A DNA stretch of 64,000 bases from Ramazzottius varieornatus (lineage: Eukaryota; Animalia; Tardigrada), in NCBI GenBank assembly GCA_001949185.1, contig BDGG01000014.1, positions 651,378 to 715,377 on the forward strand. The letters run 5' to 3'. Made by a program: the position numbers and the translations under genes. A model generated the notes under the pieces. It saw only the letters and a program-made list of their open reading frames with translations. It was not told the origin of the DNA and searched no databases. Each line of letters begins with the position of its first letter. Position 1 is the first letter of the stretch. This document shows, one piece after another, positions 40,130-52,644 of this stretch.

Positions 40130-42249
40130 ATGGCGATGCGATCAGACAAGCATTCCACGTCCAGCGGTGCCAACAAGGAAGCCAAGTACGAGCGGGTCGA
40201 GAAGATCGACGTCGACAAAGCCGGCCACACTAACCTGCGCGACGTCCGTGAAGACCGCGGTGGAGAAGACCCCGCACTCAACTTCCAGGACAAACGCCCT
40301 GCTGGTCTTGTGCCCGGTGCAGCGGTGGGCATGATCCCCACGCAAAGCTCCGAAACCGAGGTCCGTTCCGCCAGCTCGCTTTCCTCGGGCCGAGCTTCAG
40401 ATCAGTACGCGGGACGCACTTCATCGATGTCCTCCCACACCAGTGGATCGTCCACCGTTGGCAGTCACACACACGGAAGTATCCGTCACGATTCGGCAAG
40501 CATGGACTCGGGCGTGGCAAGTGGCGGAGCTGGAGCGTATAGCTATCAGCGGACCGAAGTGACGTCCACTAGCGGAGCCGGACCAAGACTTGGAGGTCTT
40601 CAACGAACCGTGATAGTCCCTCCAGGACCACATTCGCAGATCCACGAGCAGACTGATATCATTCGACACAAGACTGCAACCCAAAGCGAAACCCACATGA
40701 TCCAAGGTACATCATTTGTTTTACATTAAGCAAACAAACTTCCAAAAATTTCTCTATTTCAAGGCTGAATTTGCTTCAATAAAGAACAAGTTTCCAGAAA
40801 TGTTTCTTATTTTAAGTACAATTTTTGGATCTTTAATTTTTTAATTTTTTGTTAAAAGCCAAATTTTCTACTTGCAAGGATCTGAGATATTTGTTCGCCG
40901 TTTGACAGATCGTTTGTTTGCACCTGTGTTTGAGGAATTTTGATGGTTGTTTGTGTTATGGAATGTAGTGCCTGTGACCACCTTCGGTAGTACCAACATG
41001 GAGAGCGTCAGAACGGGATATACCGTTACGGAAGATAAGGTGGGTTACTAAATGTGCCAAAATATGTAGCGCGTTATGCAATCTGAAGTTTCCAGTGGAA
41101 AACTCGCTTTGTTGATCACCTGCATTGCGCATTAGTACCATTGCGTAATGCGGTGTCGAAAAAAACAATGAAAGAAACGGAAACTAAATTACCAATACCC
41201 AAAATACTACCGAGATGTGCCAAGGTGGTTATGTCGCGCCCGGGTTTGACAAATATAGTGTAGTGGCTTAGGTGTCACCGGAAGTAGAAACTTGACCATC
41301 AGTACAAATGTTTGCCACTTAGGACAAAGTCAAGAGCCGTTTTCCAAAAAGAGTTTGAAGATGCTCGACAAACATGTTTTGGAAATTCAGATTCCAAGCA
41401 ATGTGTCAGATTAAAAATTACGCCAAGCGTGACCCATAACGATCATAACTGTTTACGTTTATTGTCATACACTTGGAACTTTGACCATCGTCGTTACAGC
41501 CCTTAACTATCGCGGCGCCCGTTCTTGCACAACCCATCCACACTCGACTGGATGTCCAACTGGGTGGTGGAGCCAGTGCTGAAATCCATGCCGGTACTAC
41601 GGTCGACCTAAGCGCAATTCAAGGCCAAGATCTTGGACCTGAAGAATATGCCCGATACAGGGCCAAGGTAGGTTGCAGACAGGCAACGACTACCGGCCTG
41701 TCTTATTTAGCACCGTACTTACTTTGAACACCGCGTCCAACAGGTGGAAGCCCTTGCTCGCGAGGACGAACGTGAGGCTGGTCTCCGTGCCGCTGAATAC
41801 CGTACCGAGGTTGAACGCGATGCCGAAACCATTCGCCAAATTCTGGAACGACAGCACATTCGAGATTTGGGTCAGTACTGTACTGCTTGACTAATGGTAG
41901 GCTAAATCGCGCAGGGCAACTTGTGATCAACCGTGGTCTTTTGCCGACAGAATTCCGCCGGGAGATGATAGAGCATCAAGTGGATCGACAAGAACGTGAA
42001 ATCCAACTAGAGGCGGAGTACGCCATGCGCGCACTGGAGATGGAACGTCAAGCAGCTCGCAAAGCTCTGGAGACGGCCAAGGCTCAAACCCACGTCGATG
42101 TCCGTGTAGACACGGCTATTGGTACCACCATTTCAAAGGGAGCAATCTCCACCAGTGCCGAAAAGAAGAGCACTTCTCAAGTGGGACCAACCACTGTCAC
42201 CAGCACCAAGACCGTCACCGAACGCTCAAGCACCGCATCCCGAATCTAA
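40130..42249 (+). CDS. CAHS: Cytosolic abundant heat-soluble protein (CAHS3-like clade), 5 exons, ~413 aa
   Basis: Exons 40130-40706, 40969-41039, 41500-41667, 41744-41870, 41951-42249. Motifs VPVTTFGSTNMESVRTG, LGPEEYARYRAKVE, YRTEVERDAETIRQILERQHIRDLEFRREMIE, QTHVDVRVDTAIGTT. Confidence 0.96.
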
Positions 42250-43111
42250 ACAGTGCCATCAATTCGAAAAACCTATACCGTTAGTTTCAAGGAATATCGG
42301 CCATGTGTAAAATCTTATATCGGTTTGGATTTGTTGCTGAATTGAACGATGTAAAATTTTGAGCATTAAGCATTCGGCAAAAACGCTACATTTGCATATT
42401 CTTTAGCCGTATTTATCCCCTTAATGGTCAGCCGTGTGCGGCAGACAGTCGGAAATCTCGGCAGTAAAGCATCTAGAGTCTATTGCGGCAACCTTGAACT
42501 TTACGGCCAGGAAGTGCTCCAGTTTTAGCCAGCTTAGCCACCGAATCAAGTGGTGTGCAGAGGGCGTCAGCGACTGAAACCACTCGACTGATGAAAACAC
42601 GCAGTGCGGCTGCGCTTCCAGCAGTTACCCTGGCTGCATTGTACACACCGTCAGAATCAGTGCTTTCGCCTTCAAACGTTGTAATTATTGAAGAGCAGGT
42701 ACGGTGCGTGCGGAGCTTCATCACTATATATTTACCTTTGGAAAAACGGACAATAAGCGACACTAGTTTATGGTCCACATCAGGCTCATGTGACTTTCTG
42801 TAGCCCGCGAGGCCTGCTTTCTGTCAGTTTAGTGTGACTGACTCCGGCTGCTAAACGGCTATAGTCAAGGTTGGCACGGCGAGAAGCACTCATACTTGTA
42901 TCACGCACGTTCTTTGGAGCAAAACAATATTCATATCGTGCCTCCAATCTAGCCTCCAAGCAATGCGCTGTTGAACAATCCGCACACGCGGAACTGTATA
43001 CTATTTTGTGCCATGTACCTCAGGAAAGACTGAGCTTTATTTAGCAATTATCCTCTTGCATGTTGTTTATCATTTCCTGAATTCCTTCTATTGTGCAGCG
43101 GCATCATCATC

Positions 43112-45015
43112 ATGTCTCACCGAGACCGGACCTCATCAGGCTCTCACAAGACCAAGGAGGTTAAATATGAGCGCGTAGAGAAGATGCACATCGATGGAAC
43201 CGGCCAAGTCAACCACCGTGAAGTCAGAGAGGATCAAGGCGGCGAAGACCCATACCTCAACTTTAAAGACAAGCGCCCGGATGACTTGATGCCCGGTGAG
43301 GCAGCTGGAGTCGTTCCCCATCTCGTTACTGCAGAGACCATTGAAGCAGCGCGCCTCAAAGAGGCTGAAGAAAATACCAGCCGTCACTCGTCAGTCTCAA
43401 CTCGAGCTGTCGACTCCGACTACAGCAGCATCCATTCTGCTGCTATCGGCAATGTGGAAAAAACCACGACAGTGACAACGCGTAGTCGAGAAATGGAACC
43501 GGAGTATACCCAAGTGGTCACTGGTGGCAGAGCTCCCTCTGCCCAAATTGTGTCGGCGGTCAATCTGGGCCCATCAGAATACTACGATAGCCCAGTCCGT
43601 ACTTCTTCGGTTTCCTCACATGTCAGCGCGGCACCATCGCTTGGTCGTCATACCGAGACCTATGTGCGGGAAGACCTCACTACCACTGGCATGTCTTCCC
43701 ACGTCAGTGCTTCGCTCGGTCAGCGCGATCGCCCCCTGGATTCCGAGGTGAAGGTCAGACGAACCGCGGTGACCAGCGCTGGTGGGGTGTCGCAAGGCCT
43801 TCGAACCCTCCATGATATCGAGCTGGAAAGCTCGTCTGGAGGCAGTCATCATCTGGCCAGGGCTGATTCCGGCCTGGAGTATCAACGTACCGAGGTGGTA
43901 ACCCATGGGGGACCCAGCATTGGTGGCGTGCAACGTACCGTGGTGGTACCAACTGGCGCGCATGCGCAAATTCATCAAGAGACTGAAGTCATCAGGCATG
44001 GCCATGCGACTCCAAGTGAAACTCATGTCATCCAGGGTAAGGAACGACCTGTCGGTTTTTGCATTTGCTTGACCAAACTGCAGTCATTTCCCAAAAGGAT
44101 ACAGCTTTTTGCTTGGGGTTGCAGTGCCGGTTACCACTTTTGGACACACCGATATGGAGAGCGTTCGCACTGGGTTCACCGTCACAGAAGATAAGGTTGG
44201 TAACGTGACGGAATATTCCTGAATGGTGTCTCAAAACTCGAGGTGTTTTGGTCTAGCCTTTGACCATCGCCGCTCCATCGCTGGCAGCACCTATCCGCAA
44301 CCACCTCGACGTTAACCTGGGAGGTGGTGCTCACGCCGAAATTCATGCGGCGACTACGGTCGACCTCAGCGCTGTCCAACGGTCAGACATGGGACCGGAG
44401 GAGTACGCCAGATACAAGGCTAAGGTACCCAGCAATGTCCTGACTAAAAGTATTTTCCGTCTGCTGATCATGATCGAGCAAACGTGAGCATTGTACCGCG
44501 GGCTTTTCACATTTTTCCATAATTATTGTTTGTAGGTAGAAGCATTGGCGCGACGAGATGAGCGAGAGACCGGTTTGATGGCGGCTGAGTACCGAAACGA
44601 AGTTGAGAGAGACGCTGAGCTAATTCGACAAATACTGGAACGGCAACATATTCGAGATCTGGGTAAGATTCAAGCAATTCATGTAGAAAAATGTCAAATA
44701 TCAAAGGCGCTTCGTTTTACAGAGTTCCGGAAAGAGATGATCGAGAAGCAGGTCAACCGTCAAGAGGAGGAGATTCAACTGGAGACCGAATACGCTTTGC
44801 GAGCGTTGGAGCTTGAACGACAAGCGGCTCGTGAAGCCCTTGAGACAGCCAAAGCCCAGACGCATGTGGATGTTCGTGTTGACACGGCTGTTGGTACTAC
44901 AATTTCAAGAGGGGACATTGATACTCACGCTGAGAGACATACTCGCCAGCGTGTCGAACCCGTTGTTGAGACGACCACTACTGTACAAAAGCAATACTCG
45001 AGTACTCATGTTTGA
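43112..45015 (+). CDS. CAHS: Cytosolic abundant heat-soluble protein, long N-terminal form, 5 exons, ~527 aa
   Basis: Exons 43112-44036, 44125-44195, 44257-44424, 44536-44662, 44723-45015. Internal exon sizes (71/168/127) equal those of the neighbour; ERDAELIRQILERQHIRDLEFRKEMIE. Confidence 0.96.
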
Positions 45016-47399
45016 GAAATTTGGTCGGGTGACTAAGAGACCCTTTTCGTAGTCATTTGGCTAGCTTGATTCTCTCCAATCATAATAAGCACTAACCATG
45101 AGACAGACGAAGCTCTCGGTAAGAAACCAATTCAAAAGTTAGGGTGAAGTTATTGTCGTCCAGTATAACCCAAACAGGCTATTGGCACATATTAAGTTGC
45201 ACCCACTGAAATTAGAGTCAATACCCATATAGCCATTCTCACCGACTGAATCTAATCCTTTTATGAGATAACGCACACACAGAAACTTACTGAGATCCAT
45301 CGAACACGAACTTGTTTGGGTTTTTCTCGAAATTTGAGGGAATAAAAACAATAAGTGTAGAGTTGGTTGATGGACTCACCCTGGTAACTGTACTGTCGAC
45401 GTCAGAGACGATCTTTCGGTGGCTAATTTAGGGAATGAAGAGCTCCCACACCCGGCTGACTTCCTGCTGGGCGCAACCCACCAGAACGAAGAACGTTCAG
45501 GTCTATCGACAAGCTTCGTGCTCTCTGATGAGACGGGTTTGGGCTTTTCGATGCCACTCTCGTATCTGTGGGCACGCGGTTGTTACCGAAAGCCGTGTTC
45601 GCTAACTTCTCTGCAGCTGCGGATCAAACTACAGTACGGTACTGTAGTAGTCACAGCAGACCATACATTGCGACTGACCACAGGGGAAAATGCGACAGAA
45701 ATTGTTTCTTTTGGTTTGCCTTATCTGGTGTTTATCCACGGAGGTAGATTGGCGCCAATAATATATCATTTGAAAACCGGAACGCCGGCCAAGGTTTCCG
45801 AGAGATTTGTTATCTTCTTGCGCACACCGAAACTAAAAATTTTAGTTTTTTTCGGTGTAATGCGGTGAAACCACACCACTGCCAGGTCTAGTGGCAATGG
45901 TGTGGTTGACGCTGAACAAGTTCGGGCAACCGTGGTCCTGATATGCTGGAACTACGCATTCCAGCTAGCATAATCAGCCGACGTATCCAGCGGAGATACC
46001 ATGCCGGAAGACAACAGGATCGTTGCCGATGGGGTGGGTTGCTCGTTCGCGCGTGAGAAACCTGAGTCAATCATGGCCGTTGCCTATCAGCACGGCGCAC
46101 ACATACCGTACGACATCGCCATTGGAGAAGTTGCATTTTGCGCAAATGGTTTGAGCAAGCCGGCTTGGTTTGAGCAAAAATTCAAGATTAGCAATTCACT
46201 TCGCGATTCACGAAACGAAGGGGGGCTTCGTCCGTGAATCCCGAAGGAAACTCTCCGCCGATTTGAAATCTTCTCGAATTGCCTTCAGTACTACTCTGGC
46301 TGGCAATAAGTACTGGGAAGCGTAATTAGTGCCCGGGAAATGCAGGGCCTCTACTCCGAACTGTCAGACAGTCAAAACGCATTTTGGACAACATTAAATA
46401 AAACGTTAATTACCAGCATGCAAGCTTCCATGGCCAGCCCCAGTCGTCTATTCTATCTTTTTCCTCAAACTGCCACGCGTTTTGCAACCTCTCACAGGTC
46501 CCAGCGATTCCTTTTATATAAATTATGATCTTCAAAATTGATTAGTTTTCGTTTGATTTATTTAGTTGTGTAAAGTGCAACCTCTTTAATATCCGGCAAG
46601 CGATGGCGGAAGGGAATCTAGACATGATCAAAAGACGCGGATCTCTTTTATGATGCCAGTGGCTGTTATTTTGGCAGGTGCCAGAACGTAGACGTTTTCT
46701 TATCACCTTCCTCACACCAGGGAAGCTTACTGCAATCGCCATAGACGCAGACAAGCCATGCCTATTCCCTAGAAAACGAAGAATAGGTCGAGACTAAAGA
46801 AGCATTTGATTTGAATTCTCAGATACTGGTATGCACGATTCAACCCACAATATGTCAATAACCATTCACAGATGTACGCAATAATTCGGAAATGCTGTAC
46901 ATGCCAAATCTGCAGGGACCTGCCGAGTCGACGGTCTATTATGTTATGGCTCTGAGCTCTTCGCCGTAGTGCTGCACATACATGCATAATCAAAGTCATC
47001 GTCCTAAAAACGCTGCAATATTAATGGTTTCAACCTGGGGTCTGATCAAGTGGTTTCAGTTCAATTTCAGTCTACGCCGACTAGTTGATTCGCTCCTAAT
47101 TTGGATTTAAGATCTGGAATTTAATTTCCGGGTGGGACCAAGGTACTCCGTTTCACGCCTACTCTAGCTGTGTTGGATTTCTGTGTTGTGGACTTGTATG
47201 ACGTCAAAACATAATACCGCCGCTCCTTAACTTGGCCTTTATTGATACTTGTGTCGCTCTGGAGCGTCGTCCGACACGCCATAATTATGGCGAAACACTG
47301 CGTGAAACTTTCTGTTTCGTGGCGCAAATAGCTAGCTTCCATATTCTCTGAAGCGCTTATCAGGTTTCTGAGTCTGTTGTTCAACTATCTTTGCTCAGT

Positions 47400-50300
47400 A
47401 TGCGGGCCAGTTTTGAGACAGTGTTGATCTTACTAATGTCCACTTTTGATCTCGGTCAGCCACAAGTGTCCCATCAGAGGATGGACACTCCGAAAGTAAC
47501 AATTTTATCGGCATTGTCGTACCAGTACGTTGATATTGTTCCGGCGTTGCACGTCGCCGCAGAAGAAAGCCAGAAACTGTACTCAAGATACTTCGACATA
47601 AATGCTCTTGCCATTTATCGCAAAGAGCTTTATACCTGTGATTCGATGGACGACGCCTCAGTGGATTTGATTTCGTCTAATTATTACCGGCGCAAAAGAA
47701 TAAACGAGCTGGTCGTCCTGCTTTCACCAAGCAAGTACCCATACAGTTTTTTTTCAAGTGCCCCAGAAGAATTTAAATGGACGGCAAATTTCTCAAAATC
47801 TGTCTGTTCTCAGAATTCAGTTTCCTGTATTTTCTGTGTTTTTCAAGACACAATTTCCGTGTTTTGGCTTAGAATATTTCTTACGTTTCACTGTGTTGTA
47901 GCTTGTAAGTTCGCCCTCCAGGGATCTTTGGGTGCAGGTATCTTTTGACGATATTCTTTGAATCCCCATTGTGACATCTCAGCCGATTTGTTTCGATCAT
48001 CCTTTCTGCGAACTTAACCATTTACGCCGATTGCAGAATGGAATATACCGGTTGTATCTCTGTAAGGACTTGCTTTCTTTTGTCTGAATTAAAGTAATCT
48101 CAGCACGACATGGGTGCTGCAGGTTGGCGACGCCGCTGACGGAAGACAGGCCATTCCCGACCTTCATAGCCTCCGCTCCAGTAAGCAATATTGCCATATA
48201 CTCCACGGTGGCCGGCCTACTGCGCCGCTTTTCCTGGCACACTGTCTTCCTGCTGTGCGACACAGCCGCCGCTGTTGTCTTCTACCGTAACCTTTGCGCC
48301 GGCTTCAAGCTGCGACTGGAGCCGCCCGAGTTTGCCGTCTTTTTCTCCAGCTTTGACAGCTCTAGCGGATACGTCGATTACGACCGACATCTGGCTAACG
48401 TCGCAACATCTTCCAGAGGTTAGTCTCTTTTGTCCTTCCTTCGATTCTACTGTACGAAATCGTCAACAGGCTTGCCGACGTTTTCCAGTTGTTTTTCTTC
48501 TGTCGGGCTCCAATTTTGTGAGAACCATCATGGTAAGGGCGGAATAGCTTCACTCCTTAACAATCTCGTGAGGTGTTTATCGTGCACAGAACGTCGAAAT
48601 GTATTTTGTGTTTTCAGATCCAGGCTCATGGTCGTAACATGACAGGAAGTGAATACGTGAGTTCACCTTTACTAGTTTTCATGTTACATCTGAAAACAAT
48701 TAGCGATCAAGCGATCCACGAATCTAATTATGGGAGCATGCGCAGGCATTGTTCAAACGTTTCTACTGCCACATGCTGCTACGAACCTCTGAGTAGATAC
48801 CGAAAATCTCGGGAAAGCAACATGAGTCGTAATTTGCAGGTTTACCTGTTTCCTTATCCGTTTACAAGACCCCCACTCTTTGCGCCATTGAAGTGGAAGC
48901 AGAATAGCCATGACGACGATGTAAGATTTTGAGCAAACTTTGTGACGTTAGCACTTAAATTTTGAGGGCAACCCAGGGCCTCCTCAAGTTTCCCACCGGA
49001 AGAGGGGTTATTGATGATAGGTTATTGGTTTCTTGAAAACAATTTGACCGGTCACGTTTCCAGATGGCTCTGAATGCTTTCCGAAGCCTAATTTTGCTAA
49101 CCTTTGATCGCGACGAGATTGACAACACATCTTTCCGCACGGCCATCGAGCGGCGGATATTGACCAGACAGCGAGCGGATAACTTAACCACTCCTGCCGC
49201 AAAGGTACGTGGCCAAAGTGTAACTGAACCGCGCAGTCAATATCCCTCCGATGTTCGATCAACTTTCTTTCCAGCTGTTCCAACCGACGATGGCGGCTTA
49301 CGAGGCTGTGATGGTCATGGCGACGGTTGGTCTGTAAACCTATTTGTATCTCCAACTCTCAAAATCACTAAAATGATTGACGTGGCTGCTGTGGGACGGA
49401 GGTCGAGAAAGGAAGCATCCGGCGTCAGTGGCGGCTGCGTTATTCATGCGCTGCATGTGCAATTTCTGAGCAAACTTTGTGACGTTAGCACTTAAATTTT
49501 TCAGGGCAACCCAGGGCCTCCTTTCCCACCGGAAGAGGGGTTATTGATGATGAGTTATTGAGTTTCTTGGGTTTTTGCTGTGTTATCGGGGCGGAAACGG
49601 AAACAGTCCTCGTTGCTCCCCTGAAACTCATGTTTGTGACACCAAAAACGACGCACCAAAATTGCACATCCAGCGCATGAATAACGCAGCCGCCACTGTC
49701 CGGCGTCCAGCTAATCTACTCTTACCAACAAGACGACTTCTTTGCAGGTGGTGAATGAAGTATTGCAACAGCATCCGAGCTCGTTTTTGAACGGGACAGC
49801 TATCGTCGAGCGGATGTTAAACAGAACGTTCCAGCTTTCTACAGGAGCAGTGTACTACTCGTCGGCCGGACAGCAGTACCCGGACGTGGCCATCAAACAA
49901 ATAAAACCGCAAAGCGGCCTTTTTGAGGTAAAGACATACAGCATGTGTTGCCGCCTTCTCGAAAATCCCTCAACATATCTGGTCACTCCCAAACTGCAGG
50001 AAGTATTGGTGTACGATGGTGACACGTTTGTCTTCAATGTTACACCTGGCAAAGATTTTTTATGGAAGGGGAAAGGGCCTCCGCTGAACGAGCCGTTGTG
50101 TGGATATACTGGCCAAAAGTGTCTTATGGTTACAAGTAAGTCAAAGTGCTCTAGATCGCAAGAAATTCTTGACCTTGACCGCTGTTCTTTTGCCCGGTGC
50201 GTAGGTTACGACAGTGTGACTATATCAATCATCGTCGTCCCGCTGGTGGGAATTGCCTGTTTTGCAGCACTGTCACTATTTTACTTCAGTCGTCGCTCAC

Positions 50301-50446
50301 GCCTAGCCACGAGTACAATCAGCAACTGGTGGTACCTCGAAGCGGAAAGCCTTCGAGCATGTCGTCCGCTACGGGAACAGAAGTCCATCAGCTGCGCCGC
50401 CTGCTACCTCTTTGACTTTTCCGATCGTGTGTATAAACCCACTTAA
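47400..50446 (+). CDS. ANF-receptor (natriuretic/receptor guanylyl cyclase ectodomain) single-pass membrane protein without kinase or cyclase domains
   Basis: About 12 exons splice in frame: EWNIPVVS, LLRRFSWHTVFLLCD, QAHGRNMTGSEYVY, NGTAIVERMLNRTF, PPLNEPLCGYTGQKC, a TM helix, then a stop after ~55 aa. Confidence 0.82.
49426..49698. mobile_element. hAT MITE in an intron, containing a copy of a nearby host intron
   Basis: ~40-bp TIRs CAGTGGCGGCTGCGTTATTCATGCGCTG; 8-bp TSD TCCGGCGT at 49418-49425 and 49699-49706. Confidence 0.93.
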
Positions 50447-50916
50447 TTACCATATCTGGGGTGATTCTCCCTTTTTGAATCCTCAAGCTGGATGATATCG
50501 ATGGATGCCTGGAATTGGCATTAGCATGACTGGCACTTAGAATATCGCCAGCTTCATGAGTTTCCCACAGATAAAAGGACAAAGGATGACTGGCATCTTA
50601 TCGGTTTTCTTGTTTGGCTTTGTACACGTGTACTTTGGTGTCCTGCAGGGCGTACTACTGTACACAAGCCACACTAAGTTAGCCAAATTTTGTTGACTCA
50701 CAGTGAGTAGAATTTGCAAGTTTCGCACAGCACAAGCTGGAAGGATCGGCTCATAAGCACTGCCCGTCTTCGCAGAATTTCAGCTACACATGCTTTGCCT
50801 TCTGATTGCTTGATGTCCTCCTCATTTAAAAAGTCCACCGGGGGATTGATACAGTAGTAGGACGCCTTGTTGGAAACTCATTTTGTGAGACTGTGGTTTA
50901 CTATCAGTGATTGAAG

Positions 50917-52537
50917 ATGGTCCAGTTTGAGCCGTCAGTCACACTGAACAATGGAGAAAAGATGCCCATGCTCGGCATCGGAACTTGGCAGGTATGGAAA
51001 GCTTAAACGCGCACTTGGACCCGTAAACTGCAATGCTTAATCTTTTCCGTTTGTGGCTAAGATATAAGAGATTTTCTTGGGGCTGGATACCGAACGATCG
51101 TCACACAAGCCTTCACACAGTTTAAACTCCGACAATCAGCTGATCGCAAATTTCCATCGCAAGTATGCGTGTTTTATGATGTACGTGTTGCTGTTTTCTT
51201 GCAGTCGAAGCCAAACGAAGTGAAGGATGCCGTAGACTACGCCCTGGACTTGGGTTACCGCCACATCGACACCGCCTACGTTTATGGGAACGAAAGCGAG
51301 ATTGGCGAAGCTCTGGTCAACAAGTTCAAAAACGGCAAGCTGAAACGGGAAGATGTCTTCATCACCACCAAGGTAAAATAAATGAACCGACCGTTATAGC
51401 AATTAAGCACTCAGAGGACACATTGGCCAATCTACAACCCTTTGCCAGCTGTGGTGTACTTTTCACCACCCATCGAAGGTAATGGAAGGAGTGAAGAAAT
51501 CGCTGGAAGCGCTGCATACAGACTACATCGATCTCTTCCTAATCCACCTACCAGCTTCCATCAAGTTTGTGGGTAGGACCGTTTTCACACTTTGAGAAGT
51601 CAATAGTACTTGCCCGAACATTCGACCGGCCAAAAGTCATTCGTGGGTTATCTGTGTGAGTTACGTGCCGTATTCCAGATGATAAGACGAACTTTCCAAA
51701 AGGCCCCGACGGGAAACTCCTTCTCGATAATGTCGACTTCATCGATACGTGGAAGGTAAGCTTATTGGGCACGGTTGATTATTTGTTCAGGAGACAGTTA
51801 TCCGTTTACCGGTTGTTTTATTCAGGAGCTGGAAAAAGCTGTTGACCAAGGCTTGCTGAAGGCCATTGGAGTGTCGAACTTCAACAGGGCGCAGATCCAA
51901 AAAGTTCTGGACAACTCGCGTATCAAGCCGGCAAATCTACAGGTATTCCAGGACCAAGAAAATGGCATGAGCAAGTTTTCTGATGGTGCCAGCGTTTGTT
52001 TCTTCCACAGGTCGAGTGCCACGCCTACTTTATGCAAAAACCACTCTTTGACTTTTGCCAAAAGAACAAGATTACTTTCACCGCTTACGGACCGCTGGGC
52101 TCGCCTCAAAGAATGGGTATCAAGGCTGACGACCCAGTGCTCTTGGAGGAACCGAAGCTGAAGGATATTGCTAACCGTCATAATAAAACTCCTGCGCAAG
52201 TGAGAAGATAGAAGATGTCGTCTGCCAGGGCTCCTTTCTACGATGTGTTTTGTTCTAGATATTGAATCGCTTCCTGATTGAGCGAGGCCGAGTCACCATC
52301 CCGAAAAGCGTGCATCGCGACCGCATCAAAGAGAACTTTGACATTTTGGATTTCAAGCTGAGCGAGGAGGATTTGAAGGAACTGGACGCCATGGACAAAA
52401 CCCTGCGCTACTTCCACCAAGATCAGTAAGCTAACCCTGACATCCGGTGGTGGTAGCACAGGCAAATCTGAAACCGCATCATTTTTTGTTTCAGTATCCA
52501 ACATTCACCCGACTACCCCTTCAACGACCCTTACTAG
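50917..52537 (+). CDS. Aldo-keto reductase family 1 (aldose reductase-like)
   Basis: [55 protein letters not shown]; the D/Y/K/H catalytic tetrad is present. Confidence 0.95.
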
Positions 52538-52644
52538 CAAAGCTATCAACTTCAGACACCAATCAAAGTTGTAGATCACTGCTATAATTTAGTACAAATT
52601 GGTCGTCAAATAAAAATGACAAAAAGCAGGCGTAAGGCTTGTGA

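Noticed and set aside
45419-46528. Broken plus-strand ORFs that look like a decayed gene
   Set aside because: No recognisable motif or consistent splice model.
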